NCBI GenBank assembly: GCA_934141555.1
Contig: CAKPCK010000001.1
Span: 3,163-67,162 of the forward strand
Origin: an uncultured Clostridia bacterium
GTDB taxonomy: Bacteria; Bacillota; Clostridia; TANB77; CAG-508
DNA length: 64,000 nucleotides
Direction: 5' to 3'
Numbering within the stretch: the first letter of the stretch is position 1; each line of letters starts with the position of its first letter. The position numbers and the translations under genes are program-made. Below, one piece after another: positions 31,334-40,088 of the stretch. A model generated the notes under the pieces. That model was given only the letters and a program-made list of their open reading frames with translations, had not been told where the DNA came from and searched no databases.

Positions 31334-32004
31334 AAATAGAAGAAATATCAATAGAATCAAAAGAATATCCACAAAAGTTAAGAAATATATATAATCCACC
31401 ATTAAAATTATATGTATTAGGAAATAAAACTATATTGAACAATAAAGGTATTGCGATAGTTGGAACTAGAGATTGTACTAAATATGGAGAAAATATTTCA
31501 TTCAAATTTTCAGAAGAGTTAACCCAAAAAGGATTTAATATTATAAGTGGGTTAGCTTTAGGAATAGATACATATGCACATTTAGGGAATGTTCAAATTA
31601 ATCTAAATAATAGGAAAACAAAAAATATTGGAAAAACAATAGCAGTATTAGGGTGTGGAATAAATGAATTATATCCAAAACAAAATAAAATGTTGGCTAA
31701 ACAAATATTAAAAATAGGTGGATGTATTATTTCAGAATATCCAAGTGGGACAAAACCTAATAAAGTTAATTTTCCTCAAAGAAATAGAATAATAAGTGGA
31801 CTAGCAGAAGCGGTAGTAGTTGTTGAAGCTGGAGAAAGAAGTGGAGCAATTATTACAGCTAATTTAGCACTTGAACAGGGAAAAGAAATATTTGCCGTAC
31901 CTGGTGATATAACAAAAAAACAAAGTATAGGAACAAATAAACTAATAAAAGATGGAGCATATGTAATTACAGGTATTGATGATATTTTAAATAGTAATTT
32001 GTAA
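31330..32004 (+). CDS. dprA: DNA-processing protein DprA; short form with an uncertain start.
   Basis: GIAIVGTRDCTKYG, SGLALGID, GERSGAIITA. The frame is open from 31324 and encodes the conserved YPQKL..I..PP..LY..G segment upstream of the track's TTG (31435). The candidate ATA start at 31330 lies 9 nt after GAAGGAG. Confidence 0.8.
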   Translation: MEIEEISIESKEYPQKLRNIYNPPLKLYVLGNKTILNNKGIAIVGTRDCTKYGENISFKFSEELTQKGFNIISGLALGIDTYAHLGNVQINLNNRKTKNIGKTIAVLGCGINELYPKQNKMLAKQILKIGGCIISEYPSGTKPNKVNFPQRNRIISGLAEAVVVVEAGERSGAIITANLALEQGKEIFAVPGDITKKQSIGTNKLIKDGAYVITGIDDILNSNL

Positions 32005-32017
32005 AAGGAGAAATGAT

Positions 32018-33865
32018 ATGGAAGATGAAAAAATAGAAAGAATATTAAAACTAGTTGATATGCTTGAAATAAATGAAGAAAATAAAGATGATATAGCTAA
32101 AATAAAAAAATTAATAGAACAAAAAAAATATTCTGAAATGTTGGAAGTATTGAAAAAAGTTACGAGTAAAAGTGGAACAAAAGTAAAAGAAGAGGATGAT
32201 ACAATAGTATTAAAAAGAAAAGATGAGCAAACTCCAAAAGAAGAAAAAGTAGAATTAAATCAAGATGAACAAACAGAAGAAGAAAAAGAAAAAGCTAAAT
32301 TAGAAAAAATGATGGAAAAAATCGAACAAGAAAAAGAAGAAGAAGACTATGAATATCCAGCCAAACTATCAAATAGAGCACTTGAAGAAAATTATATAAG
32401 TTTATTACTTGCTAATCCTAAAGCAATAGCAATGTATTATATAGAAAAGAAAGATTGTTATTTTGAAAGTGCATTATTGTTAAATATATATAAAAGTATA
32501 TTATTTACAGAAGGAGAGGCATATGCACCACAAATAGCCAAAAATGATTTTAACTATGCAAAGGAAAATTATAAAATATTTCAAAGCAAAAAAAGATTAT
32601 TAGAAAAGGGAAAAGAGAGTAAAAAGAATTTCGAAAAAATATATGTAGAATTAAGAAAATTATTTGAAATAAGAAAAGGATATACAACTAGTCCGATAAA
32701 AGAAACTCAAAAACAAATTGAAGAAATAATTGATTATGAATTGTATGACAGAATGACAATCCAAGAGGTAAAAGACGCAATAGTTCAAATAACAACAACA
32801 GAAAAATTTAAAAGATCAGTTTTAAGTAATAATATGACAGATTTCTTATTATCAGGTGAGAATAATTTAAATTCAGGTTTAAGTTTACCATTTCCAATAT
32901 TAAGTAGTGTTTTTAAAGGAATAAGAAAAGGAGAAACAATGTCATATGCTATGCCATCTAACTCAGGAAAAAGTAGATTTACAATTGATATTGCAGCATA
33001 TATAGCATATAAACATAAAAAGAAAGTATTAATAGTATCAAATGAGATGTCAGAAGAAAAGATGAAACTATGTTTAATAACAACAATTGTAAATAATAAA
33101 GAGATCCAAGAATTACATGGGCACAAATTAAGAATAACTGAAGGAGAGATATTAGAGTTTAAATATAAAGCTGATGAAAATTCTGGTGTGGATGTTGATG
33201 AAAATGGATATGTATTAAGAGCAGAAAATGAAAGTTTATCAGATTTTACGAAAAGATTATTAGAATGTTCTACACAGTTTAAAGAGGTAATTGAGGTTAC
33301 AAATTGGATTCAAACTCAAAAAGATAATCAAATATTTTTTGTTAATATTACAGACCACACGAATGATGAATTAGAAAAGATAATTTTAAATTATTATTAT
33401 AAAGAAAAAATTGAATATATGTTTTATGATACATTAAAACCAGATACAGAAAATATAGGAAATAGTGAAGAATTGAAAAAGACAGCGACAATATTATCGA
33501 ATCTTGCACAAAATTTAAATATATTTATAGGTTCTTCTTTACAATTAACAGAAAGTAACAAATCACCACTAAATCTTGATGTTAATGATTTAGCTGCTTG
33601 TAGAACAGTAAAAGAGGTGTTAGATACATTATGTTTAATAAAACAAATACATAATGATGATTTAAAATTATATGAATATTCTGCAGAAGAAGTTCCAACA
33701 GAAACATTTGAATTAGAGAGATCAAAAAATCCAGATGTAAGATATTATGCTTGTATAGTTGATAAAAATAGGGCAGGAGCAAAACCAAGAGTTTTATTTA
33801 AATTAAATCTTGCTTATAATGAATGGGAAGAACTTGGATATTTGAGATTAAAAATTGAAAATTAA
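32018..33865 (+). CDS. DnaB-family hexameric helicase homolog with a ~115-aa K/E-rich N-terminal extension.
   Basis: DnaB-N-like LEENYISLLLANPKAIAMYY..KDCYFES. Walker A AMPSNSGKSRFT, SNEMSEEKM, Walker B-like YMFYDTL, and C-terminal IVDKNRAGAKP. Confidence 0.65.
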   Translation: MEDEKIERILKLVDMLEINEENKDDIAKIKKLIEQKKYSEMLEVLKKVTSKSGTKVKEEDDTIVLKRKDEQTPKEEKVELNQDEQTEEEKEKAKLEKMMEKIEQEKEEEDYEYPAKLSNRALEENYISLLLANPKAIAMYYIEKKDCYFESALLLNIYKSILFTEGEAYAPQIAKNDFNYAKENYKIFQSKKRLLEKGKESKKNFEKIYVELRKLFEIRKGYTTSPIKETQKQIEEIIDYELYDRMTIQEVKDAIVQITTTEKFKRSVLSNNMTDFLLSGENNLNSGLSLPFPILSSVFKGIRKGETMSYAMPSNSGKSRFTIDIAAYIAYKHKKKVLIVSNEMSEEKMKLCLITTIVNNKEIQELHGHKLRITEGEILEFKYKADENSGVDVDENGYVLRAENESLSDFTKRLLECSTQFKEVIEVTNWIQTQKDNQIFFVNITDHTNDELEKIILNYYYKEKIEYMFYDTLKPDTENIGNSEELKKTATILSNLAQNLNIFIGSSLQLTESNKSPLNLDVNDLAACRTVKEVLDTLCLIKQIHNDDLKLYEYSAEEVPTETFELERSKNPDVRYYACIVDKNRAGAKPRVLFKLNLAYNEWEELGYLRLKIEN

Positions 33866-33972
33866 TAAAAGATAATATTTAAACTATATAATAAATGAAA
33901 ATTTTAACGTTCTAAAAACTCCTTATGAGAATACAATTAAACAAAAGTATTCTCATGGGGGTGTACAATTAA

Positions 33973-34248
33973 TTGAAAGAAACAATAATTGATGAACGTG
34001 CAATACAATTTGCACATTATATAATAGATTCAAAAGATACTGTTAGAGGAACTGCAAAAAAGTTTGGAATAAGTAAAAGTACAGTACATAAAGATGTGAC
34101 AGAAAGACTTGTGAAAATAAATCCAGCATTAGCCAAAGAGGTTAGAAAAATATTAGACGAAAATAAGGCTGAAAGACATATAAGAGGAGGATTAGCGACA
34201 AAGGCAAAATATGAAAGAAGTCATTGCATAACTATTGACAATAATTAA
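33973..34248 (+). CDS. spoIIID: Stage III sporulation transcriptional regulator SpoIIID.
   Basis: RGTAKKFGISKSTVHKDVTERL HTH and KAERHIRGGLATK. TTG start after GGGGGTG. Confidence 0.9.
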   Translation: MKETIIDERAIQFAHYIIDSKDTVRGTAKKFGISKSTVHKDVTERLVKINPALAKEVRKILDENKAERHIRGGLATKAKYERSHCITIDNN

Positions 34249-34332
34249 TTAATATTATAAGATTTATATATAGTTAAATAAAAATAATTACTAAAGAAAG
34301 GAGAAGCTATTTAGCTAATAATAAAAGAAAAA

Positions 34333-35172
34333 ATGAATTTAAGATTAGAAGATGAAAGTGAAAAAAATAAAAAAATGAAGTTTGTATATATTAGTATAAT
34401 AGCTATTTGTGTGATAGCAGTTATAACAGCTGTAGTAATACAAATTGTTAAGAATTTACCGGAAAAAGAGCCAGAGATTGATACAAGTATATTACAAAAA
34501 TATAAAGCAGATTTTGACAAAATTTTTACTAATAAAGTAAATTATTTGAAAAATAATGAATATAAAATTGATAGAATAGATGATTCAGAAGCAATTGTTT
34601 ATACAGGGTATAGTAATAAAGATATAAAAGTAAGTGATTACAATTTAGATGTAAATATACCATATATTAATATAAAAAATACTACAATAGAAAGATTTAA
34701 TAAAAGTATAAAAGATACATTTGAGCAAAAAGCAAAAGATATATTAAGTACTCAAAGGCAAAATATTATTTATACAGTTAATTATAGTGCATATGTTACA
34801 AATAATATGTTGTCAATTGTAGTTAGATCTTCACTAAAAGAAGGTGAAAATCCAGAAAAAGTTATGGTAAAAACCTATAATTATGATCTAACAGAAAAAA
34901 AGGAACTTTCTTTTGAAGATTTCTTGAATTTTAAAGGAATATCAAGACAAGATGCAGGAAATACAATAAGAAAAGAGATAAAGAGTATAGAAAATAAAAT
35001 AAATGAACTTTCTAAAGCAGGATACAAAGTTTATTCAAGAGATTCAAATAGTGATATATATAAATTAGATAATATTACAGAATATTTTATTGGTGAAGAT
35101 AATGTTTTATATGTTATTTTTGCATATGGAAATCAAAGTAATACAAGTGAAATTGATATTATAGTAATGTAA
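34333..35172 (+). CDS. Membrane-anchored hypothetical protein, DUF4163/DUF3298 (RsiV-like) pattern.
   Basis: One TM (FVYISIIAICVIAVITAVVIQIV). The extracytoplasmic domain has PYINIKN...FNKSI and YNYDL...ELSFEDF patterns. The start is uncertain (34333 or 34375). Confidence 0.45.
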   Translation: MNLRLEDESEKNKKMKFVYISIIAICVIAVITAVVIQIVKNLPEKEPEIDTSILQKYKADFDKIFTNKVNYLKNNEYKIDRIDDSEAIVYTGYSNKDIKVSDYNLDVNIPYINIKNTTIERFNKSIKDTFEQKAKDILSTQRQNIIYTVNYSAYVTNNMLSIVVRSSLKEGENPEKVMVKTYNYDLTEKKELSFEDFLNFKGISRQDAGNTIRKEIKSIENKINELSKAGYKVYSRDSNSDIYKLDNITEYFIGEDNVLYVIFAYGNQSNTSEIDIIVM

Positions 35173-35200
35173 GTAGATGTTTTTTCACATCTACTTTTTT
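35173..35200 (+). terminator. Rho-independent terminator.
   Basis: gtagatgt / acatctac stem followed by a T6 run. Confidence 0.85.
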
Positions 35201-35255
35201 ATTATAGAAAAGTTATTATTGGGAATTAAAATAGGAAACAATAGATTAAAAAAAA

Positions 35256-35284
35256 TTGACAAATTATGTAAAGTATAGTATAAT
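35256..35284 (+). promoter_or_regulatory. Consensus sigmaA promoter of the GC-rich orphan gene.
   Basis: TTGACA, 17-nt spacer, TATAAT; both hexamers are exact consensus. Confidence 0.7.
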
Positions 35285-35295
35285 TAAATTATCGA

Positions 35296-35312
35296 ATGAG
35301 GAAAGCCCTCAT
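35296..35312 (+). promoter_or_regulatory. Hairpin near the 5' end of the leader.
   Basis: atgagg-aaagc-cctcat, starting about 5 nt after the predicted transcription start. Confidence 0.5.
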
Positions 35313-35353
35313 ATAGTTCTTTGAGTAATCAGAGTAAAGGAGTGTGCAAAATA

Positions 35354-35686
35354 ATGTTCCAATTAAAGTTGGATCAAAAGATGACCAAGCTTCCCAAGGA
35401 AGTTTGCGAGGAACTCAATGGCATTCTCGCGGTGGAAGTGCCTGATTATGACTTTTTGTTTGATCAGGTGTCTAGGCTCGCAGATGCCCTTACCACTAAT
35501 CGGAAGGTCAAAAGCCTTTTCGTGGTCAAAGGGGAGTTCTCTGCTGATGGTGAGCCGTCGGCAAAACGCGAACAGCAGGAGAAGTGGCGGCATTTTGTTG
35601 ACCGCGATATCCTGTGGACTCTGTTCACGGGGAATGGCCGTGGCGATTATATCGTCTATATGGACATCCCCAAAGCAGCTGCCTAA
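35354..35686 (+). CDS. Orphan hypothetical protein (110 aa) in a high-GC island.
   Basis: ATG at 35354 lies 11 nt after AAAGGAG; the track's TTG at 35321 has no SD. Sampled 60-nt lines count 45% and 58% GC. All six frames are open here because stop codons are scarce. No motif recognised. Confidence 0.6.
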   Translation: MFQLKLDQKMTKLPKEVCEELNGILAVEVPDYDFLFDQVSRLADALTTNRKVKSLFVVKGEFSADGEPSAKREQQEKWRHFVDRDILWTLFTGNGRGDYIVYMDIPKAAA

Positions 35687-35734
35687 TCTTTGATTATGGC
35701 TAAGAAGTCGGTGGACAAATGTCTTCACCAAAGT

Positions 35735-35772
35735 GGTATGTGGATGTCAAAACATCTTACATGCCATTTTTT
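35735..35772 (+). terminator. Rho-independent terminator of the GC-rich orphan gene.
   Basis: ggtatgtggatgt / acatcttacatgcc imperfect stem (one bulge plus wobbles) followed by a T7 run. Confidence 0.65.
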
Positions 35773-35796
35773 TGTATATAATTATAGTATGTATTT

Positions 35797-35828
35797 ATAA
35801 AAATAGACCTAAGTTTTTACTTAGGTCT
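35797..35828 (-). terminator. Rho-independent terminator downstream of htrA.
   Basis: agacctaag / cttaggtct 9-bp stem with a T run on the minus strand. Confidence 0.7.
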
Positions 35829-35956
35829 TTCGAAAATAAAAGGGGATGTTTGTTGTAATCAGTTTTGTTTACTGACTATGTTTATAATATACCAATTAAT
35901 TTTGTTCATTGTGTGAATTAAAAGTGAAAAATTAACAATAAATTATTAATTTTATA

Positions 35957-37207
35957 TTAAGGAGTTTCTGCAAGAGTTACAGTAATATCTTTGTTATCTC
36001 CATTTCTATTAATTGTTAATGTTATTGTATCACCAATTTGATGAGAATTTTTAATTTCATTTAATTCATCCATTGTAGTAATTGACTTTCCATCAGCTTT
36101 AACAATTACGTCTCCAGATTTTAGTCCAGCTTTTTCAGCAGGAGAGAAATCTTCAACACTTTTTATATATACTCCAACTTCTAATTTGTATTTTTTTGCA
36201 GTTTGTTCGTCAAGATTAATTCCAGTAATTCCAATATATGGTCTTAATACTTTTTGATGGTCTTTTAATTGACTAATTACATCTGTTGCAGAATTAATAG
36301 GAATAGCAAATCCTATACCTTCAACACCTGTTCCAGATAATTTTAAAGTATTTATACCAATTACTTTACCATCACTATTTACTAAAGCACCACCACTGTT
36401 TCCAGAGTTTATTGCTGCATCTGTTTGAATACAAGTGTATTTTGTACCATCTGATTCAACTTCTCTATTAACAGCACTAATAATACCTTGAGTAACAGTT
36501 GTGTCTAAGCCAAGAGGACTACCAACAGCCATAACAAATTCACCAACAACAGCTTGATCAGAATCGGCAAATTCTGCAGCAATTAAACCAGTTTTTTCGA
36601 TTTTTAATACAGCTAGATCTGTTTGTGAATCTTGACCAACAACAGTAGCATCATATGTTGCATCGTCACCATATGTAGTACTATTTAATTTAATTTTTAT
36701 TGATGTTGCTTTTGATAATTCATAATATGAATTTGATGAAGAACTATCAACAACATGATTATTTGTTACAATATAACCATCTTCACTAATAATTATACCA
36801 GATCCAGTTGCTGTTGTAGTTGAACTTTGTGGTTGGCTATATCCAAAAAATGAGCCAAAAGAATTAGATGTTACATTATATGAAACTTCTATCCCTACAA
36901 TAGATGGTAAAATTTTATTTGCAGCAAAAACAGCTGTATTTGAAAAATTTGATAGTGAAACTAAGTTTGTAGTTGTTCCAGAAGCAGTTTGAGTTGAAGT
37001 TTGAACTGATGAGTTTTGTTTACCTATTATTTTTTCTTTTATAGATGGTATTCCAAAACAAGTTCCTAAAACTAAAGAGCATCCAACAACGCCACTTGCG
37101 AATGGAATTAATACCATTTTTCCAAAATTATTTTGTTTACCTTGTTTAAAATTTGCATTTGAAGTTTTACTTGAAATTACTTCAAAATTATTATTATTTT
37201 CTTCCAT
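35957..37207 (-). CDS. htrA: HtrA/DegP-family serine protease with a PDZ domain.
   Basis: TNNHV (His), DLAVLK (Asp), GNSGGAL (Ser), and a C-terminal PDZ. The MEENNN start lies 9 nt after AGGAGG. Confidence 0.9.
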   Translation of the reverse strand: MEENNNNFEVISSKTSNANFKQGKQNNFGKMVLIPFASGVVGCSLVLGTCFGIPSIKEKIIGKQNSSVQTSTQTASGTTTNLVSLSNFSNTAVFAANKILPSIVGIEVSYNVTSNSFGSFFGYSQPQSSTTTATGSGIIISEDGYIVTNNHVVDSSSSNSYYELSKATSIKIKLNSTTYGDDATYDATVVGQDSQTDLAVLKIEKTGLIAAEFADSDQAVVGEFVMAVGSPLGLDTTVTQGIISAVNREVESDGTKYTCIQTDAAINSGNSGGALVNSDGKVIGINTLKLSGTGVEGIGFAIPINSATDVISQLKDHQKVLRPYIGITGINLDEQTAKKYKLEVGVYIKSVEDFSPAEKAGLKSGDVIVKADGKSITTMDELNEIKNSHQIGDTITLTINRNGDNKDITVTLAETP

Positions 37208-37336
37208 AATGAAGACCTCCTTTTTGTTCATTATAAGAATACACAACTATTGTGAATATTCTGTGAAAAACAGGTAAAATTATTTTGTATTTATATTGAT
37301 ATTTTTAGCGAATTATTATAGAATTAAAATATAATT

Positions 37337-37984
37337 ATGACAAAAAGGAATACAAAAATGAAAGAAAAAGAAGAACAAAGATTAATTAATTTAAAACAAT
37401 ATGAAAATGAATTAAGAAATAAAGGATATAAATATATATGTGGAATTGATGAAGCTGGAAGAGGACCATTAGCAGGACCAGTTGTAGTTGCAAGTGTTAT
37501 AATGCCTGAAAATTCAATGATAGAAGGAGTAAATGATTCTAAAAAGGTTTCAGAGAAAAAAAGAGAAAAATTATATGATTTAATATTAGAAGAAGCTATT
37601 AGTTATGGAGTTGGAATAATAGGGCAAGATGAGATTGATGATATAAATATTTTAAATGCTACCAAAAAAGGTTTAACAGTTTCTTTAAAAGAATTAACAC
37701 AAAAGCCAGATTTAATAATTGTAGATGCTTTAACTAATATTGATACACTTGGAACGCCATATGAATCAATAATAAAAGGGGATGCAAAATGTTATTCAAT
37801 ATCTGCTGCATCAATTATTGCAAAAGTTACTAGGGATAGAATAATGAGAGAATGGGATAAGGTATATCCTCAATATGGATTTGCACAACATAAAGGGTAT
37901 GGGACATCTGCACATATTAGTTCAATAAAAGAGTATGGACCATGTCCATTACATAGAAAAACTTTTATAAAAAATTTTATATAA
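37337..37984 (+). CDS. rnhB: Ribonuclease HII.
   Basis: GIDEAGRGPLAGPVV, DSKK and ASIIAK motifs. Confidence 0.95.
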   Translation: MTKRNTKMKEKEEQRLINLKQYENELRNKGYKYICGIDEAGRGPLAGPVVVASVIMPENSMIEGVNDSKKVSEKKREKLYDLILEEAISYGVGIIGQDEIDDINILNATKKGLTVSLKELTQKPDLIIVDALTNIDTLGTPYESIIKGDAKCYSISAASIIAKVTRDRIMREWDKVYPQYGFAQHKGYGTSAHISSIKEYGPCPLHRKTFIKNFI

Positions 37985-37998
37985 AAAGGAGATTAATT

Positions 37999-38547
37999 AT
38001 GAAAAGTGATAAAGGAATTACCATGATAGCATTGGCAGCAATGCTTGTTATATTAATGATAATTGCTACTATTACAATGTATTATGGAAATAGTGCAATA
38101 AAAGAAGCAAAATTACAAGATTTAAAAACAAATATGTTATTAATTCAAGCAAATTTAAAAAATGATTTGGAAAAATATCATTTTGAAACTAATAATTTAA
38201 GTGCTGAAGAAAAAGAAAGTAAAAAATCAGAATATTTAAAAGGAAAAAAGTTATCTGATCCATTATGTGAAAAGGCAAAAACAGCATTTGATAAAATAAA
38301 TACTAATTCACAAATTGAGAAAAAAGTAAATGAAGACTATCAAAAAGTAAATGGAGAATTTGAATATTATTATTTAGATAGCAGTATATTGAAACAAATA
38401 GGATTAAATGATGTAAAAAGTGATGAAGAAGATGGTTATTATATTGTTGCATATAGTATGAATCCAACATATTCAAATATAGTTGAAGTAATAAATACTA
38501 AAGGTTATTTAGGAAATTATACATTAAGCAGAATAGAATTATTATAG
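37999..38547 (+). CDS. Pilin-like protein with a class-III-type signal (182 aa).
   Basis: N-terminus MKSDKG-ITMIALAAMLVILMIIATI parallels that of the 10813 gene. Good SD (AAAGGAG). Confidence 0.55.
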   Translation: MKSDKGITMIALAAMLVILMIIATITMYYGNSAIKEAKLQDLKTNMLLIQANLKNDLEKYHFETNNLSAEEKESKKSEYLKGKKLSDPLCEKAKTAFDKINTNSQIEKKVNEDYQKVNGEFEYYYLDSSILKQIGLNDVKSDEEDGYYIVAYSMNPTYSNIVEVINTKGYLGNYTLSRIELL

Positions 38548-38563
38548 TTAGAAGGAAGAGTTC

Positions 38564-39820
38564 ATGAATATATTAGATATAATTGCAAAAAAGAGAGATA
38601 AAAAAGAATTAAAAAAAGAGGAAATTGAATATTTTGTAAAAGAATATACTGATGGAAATATAACAGATTACCAAGCAGCAGCACTTATTATGGCAATATA
38701 TATAAACGGAATGAATGAACAAGAAATAACGAATTTAAGTTTAGCTATGGCACATTCAGGAGAAATATTAAATTTATCACTATTAGGAGAAAATATTGTG
38801 GATAAACATAGTACAGGAGGAGTAGGTGATAAAGTTTCTATAATATTATTACCAATTATTGCATCATTAGAAATTCCAGTTGCTAAAATGTCTGGAAGAG
38901 GACTTGGTTTTACAGGTGGTACTGTTGATAAAATGGAGTCAATTCCTGGTTATCAAACTAATGTTGAAATAAAAGATTTTATTGCAAATGTACAAAACGT
39001 TGGAATAAGTATGATTGGACAAACTATGAATTTAGCACCAGCTGATAAAAAATTATATGCTTTAAGAGATACAATATCATGTGTTGAAAGTATACCACTA
39101 ATTGCTTCAAGCATTATGAGTAAAAAAATAGCAAGTGGTGCAAATAAAATTGTATTAGATGTTACTGTAGGAAAAGGTGCATTCATGAAAAATAAAGAAG
39201 ATGCACAAAAATTAGCAGATTTAATGATAAGAATTGGCGAGCTTGCAGGAAGAGAAGTAGTATGTGTACTTACAAAAATGGATGAACCACTTGGATATTC
39301 AATAGGAAATAATTTAGAAGTAATAGAAGCAATAAAATTCTTAAAAGGTTATATGCCTAAAGATTTGAAAGATGTTGTTTTTGAACTTGGTGCTAATATG
39401 ATAAAGTTAGCTGGGTTAGGAGAAAATCTTGAAGAAAATAAATTAAAGATTCAAGAAAATATTGTGAATGGCAAAGGATATGAAAAATTTCTTCAAATGG
39501 TTCAAAATCAAGGTGGAGATATTTCATATTTAAATAATATTGATAAATTTGAAAAATCAAAATATATAATACCTGTAACAAGTTTAAAATCTGGAATAAT
39601 CTCTGAAATAAATGCAGAAGATATTGGAAAAGTTGCATGTTTATTGGGAGCTGGAAGAATAAGAAAAGAAGATAGTATAGATTATACTGCAGGGATTGTA
39701 TTAAATAAAAAAGTAGGAGATTATACTAAAGAAAATGAGATATTAGCATATATTCATACTAATAATAAAAATGTTATAAATGAAGCAGTAGAAAAAATTC
39801 AAACTATATGTAAAATATAG
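38564..39820 (+). CDS. pdp: Pyrimidine-nucleoside (thymidine) phosphorylase.
   Basis: DKHSTGGVGDK, GRGLGFTGGT.DK and YALRD motifs. Confidence 0.9.
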   Translation: MNILDIIAKKRDKKELKKEEIEYFVKEYTDGNITDYQAAALIMAIYINGMNEQEITNLSLAMAHSGEILNLSLLGENIVDKHSTGGVGDKVSIILLPIIASLEIPVAKMSGRGLGFTGGTVDKMESIPGYQTNVEIKDFIANVQNVGISMIGQTMNLAPADKKLYALRDTISCVESIPLIASSIMSKKIASGANKIVLDVTVGKGAFMKNKEDAQKLADLMIRIGELAGREVVCVLTKMDEPLGYSIGNNLEVIEAIKFLKGYMPKDLKDVVFELGANMIKLAGLGENLEENKLKIQENIVNGKGYEKFLQMVQNQGGDISYLNNIDKFEKSKYIIPVTSLKSGIISEINAEDIGKVACLLGAGRIRKEDSIDYTAGIVLNKKVGDYTKENEILAYIHTNNKNVINEAVEKIQTICKI

Positions 39821-39886
39821 CTATTGAAAAAGTGAAAATTTATGCTATAATAATTATGTAGATAAATTAAGAAAGGACAGATTATA

Positions 39887-40042
39887 ATGAAAAATAAAGA
39901 AAATAAAGTAATAAAAGAAAAAAATAAAGTAGATAAAAAACAAATAATATCAAAAATATTTGCATTTGTGATGCTTATACTTATGGTATTCGCATCATGT
40001 TCAACATGCATATATTATGTTGTATCAAACATTCAAAAATAA
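39887..40042 (+). CDS. Small membrane protein (51 aa), not in the ORF track.
   Basis: MKNKENKVIKEKNKVDKKQIISKIFAFVMLILMVFASCSTCIYYVVSNIQK. K-rich N-terminus plus one TM. The SD is weak. Confidence 0.35.
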   Translation: MKNKENKVIKEKNKVDKKQIISKIFAFVMLILMVFASCSTCIYYVVSNIQK

Positions 40043-40088
40043 TTATGCTTAAAATATGATAATACCTTTAAGTAAAGGAGATAAAGAA

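Noticed and set aside
35363-35731. Overlapping ORFs (35363-35731 minus, 35418-35693 plus) in the GC-rich island at 35.3 kb.
   Set aside because: The frames stay open because stop codons are rare in about 50% GC sequence. Only the 35354-35686 frame has a promoter, an SD and a terminator in the right positions.
35256-35772. The GC-rich segments here and at 59185-60474 considered as assembly contamination or chimeras.
   Set aside because: Both are embedded in continuous AT-rich sequence. Correctly placed native-style promoters, SDs and terminators surround them, and the 59-60 kb copy has flanks homologous to its AT-rich neighbour. This cannot be excluded without read data.
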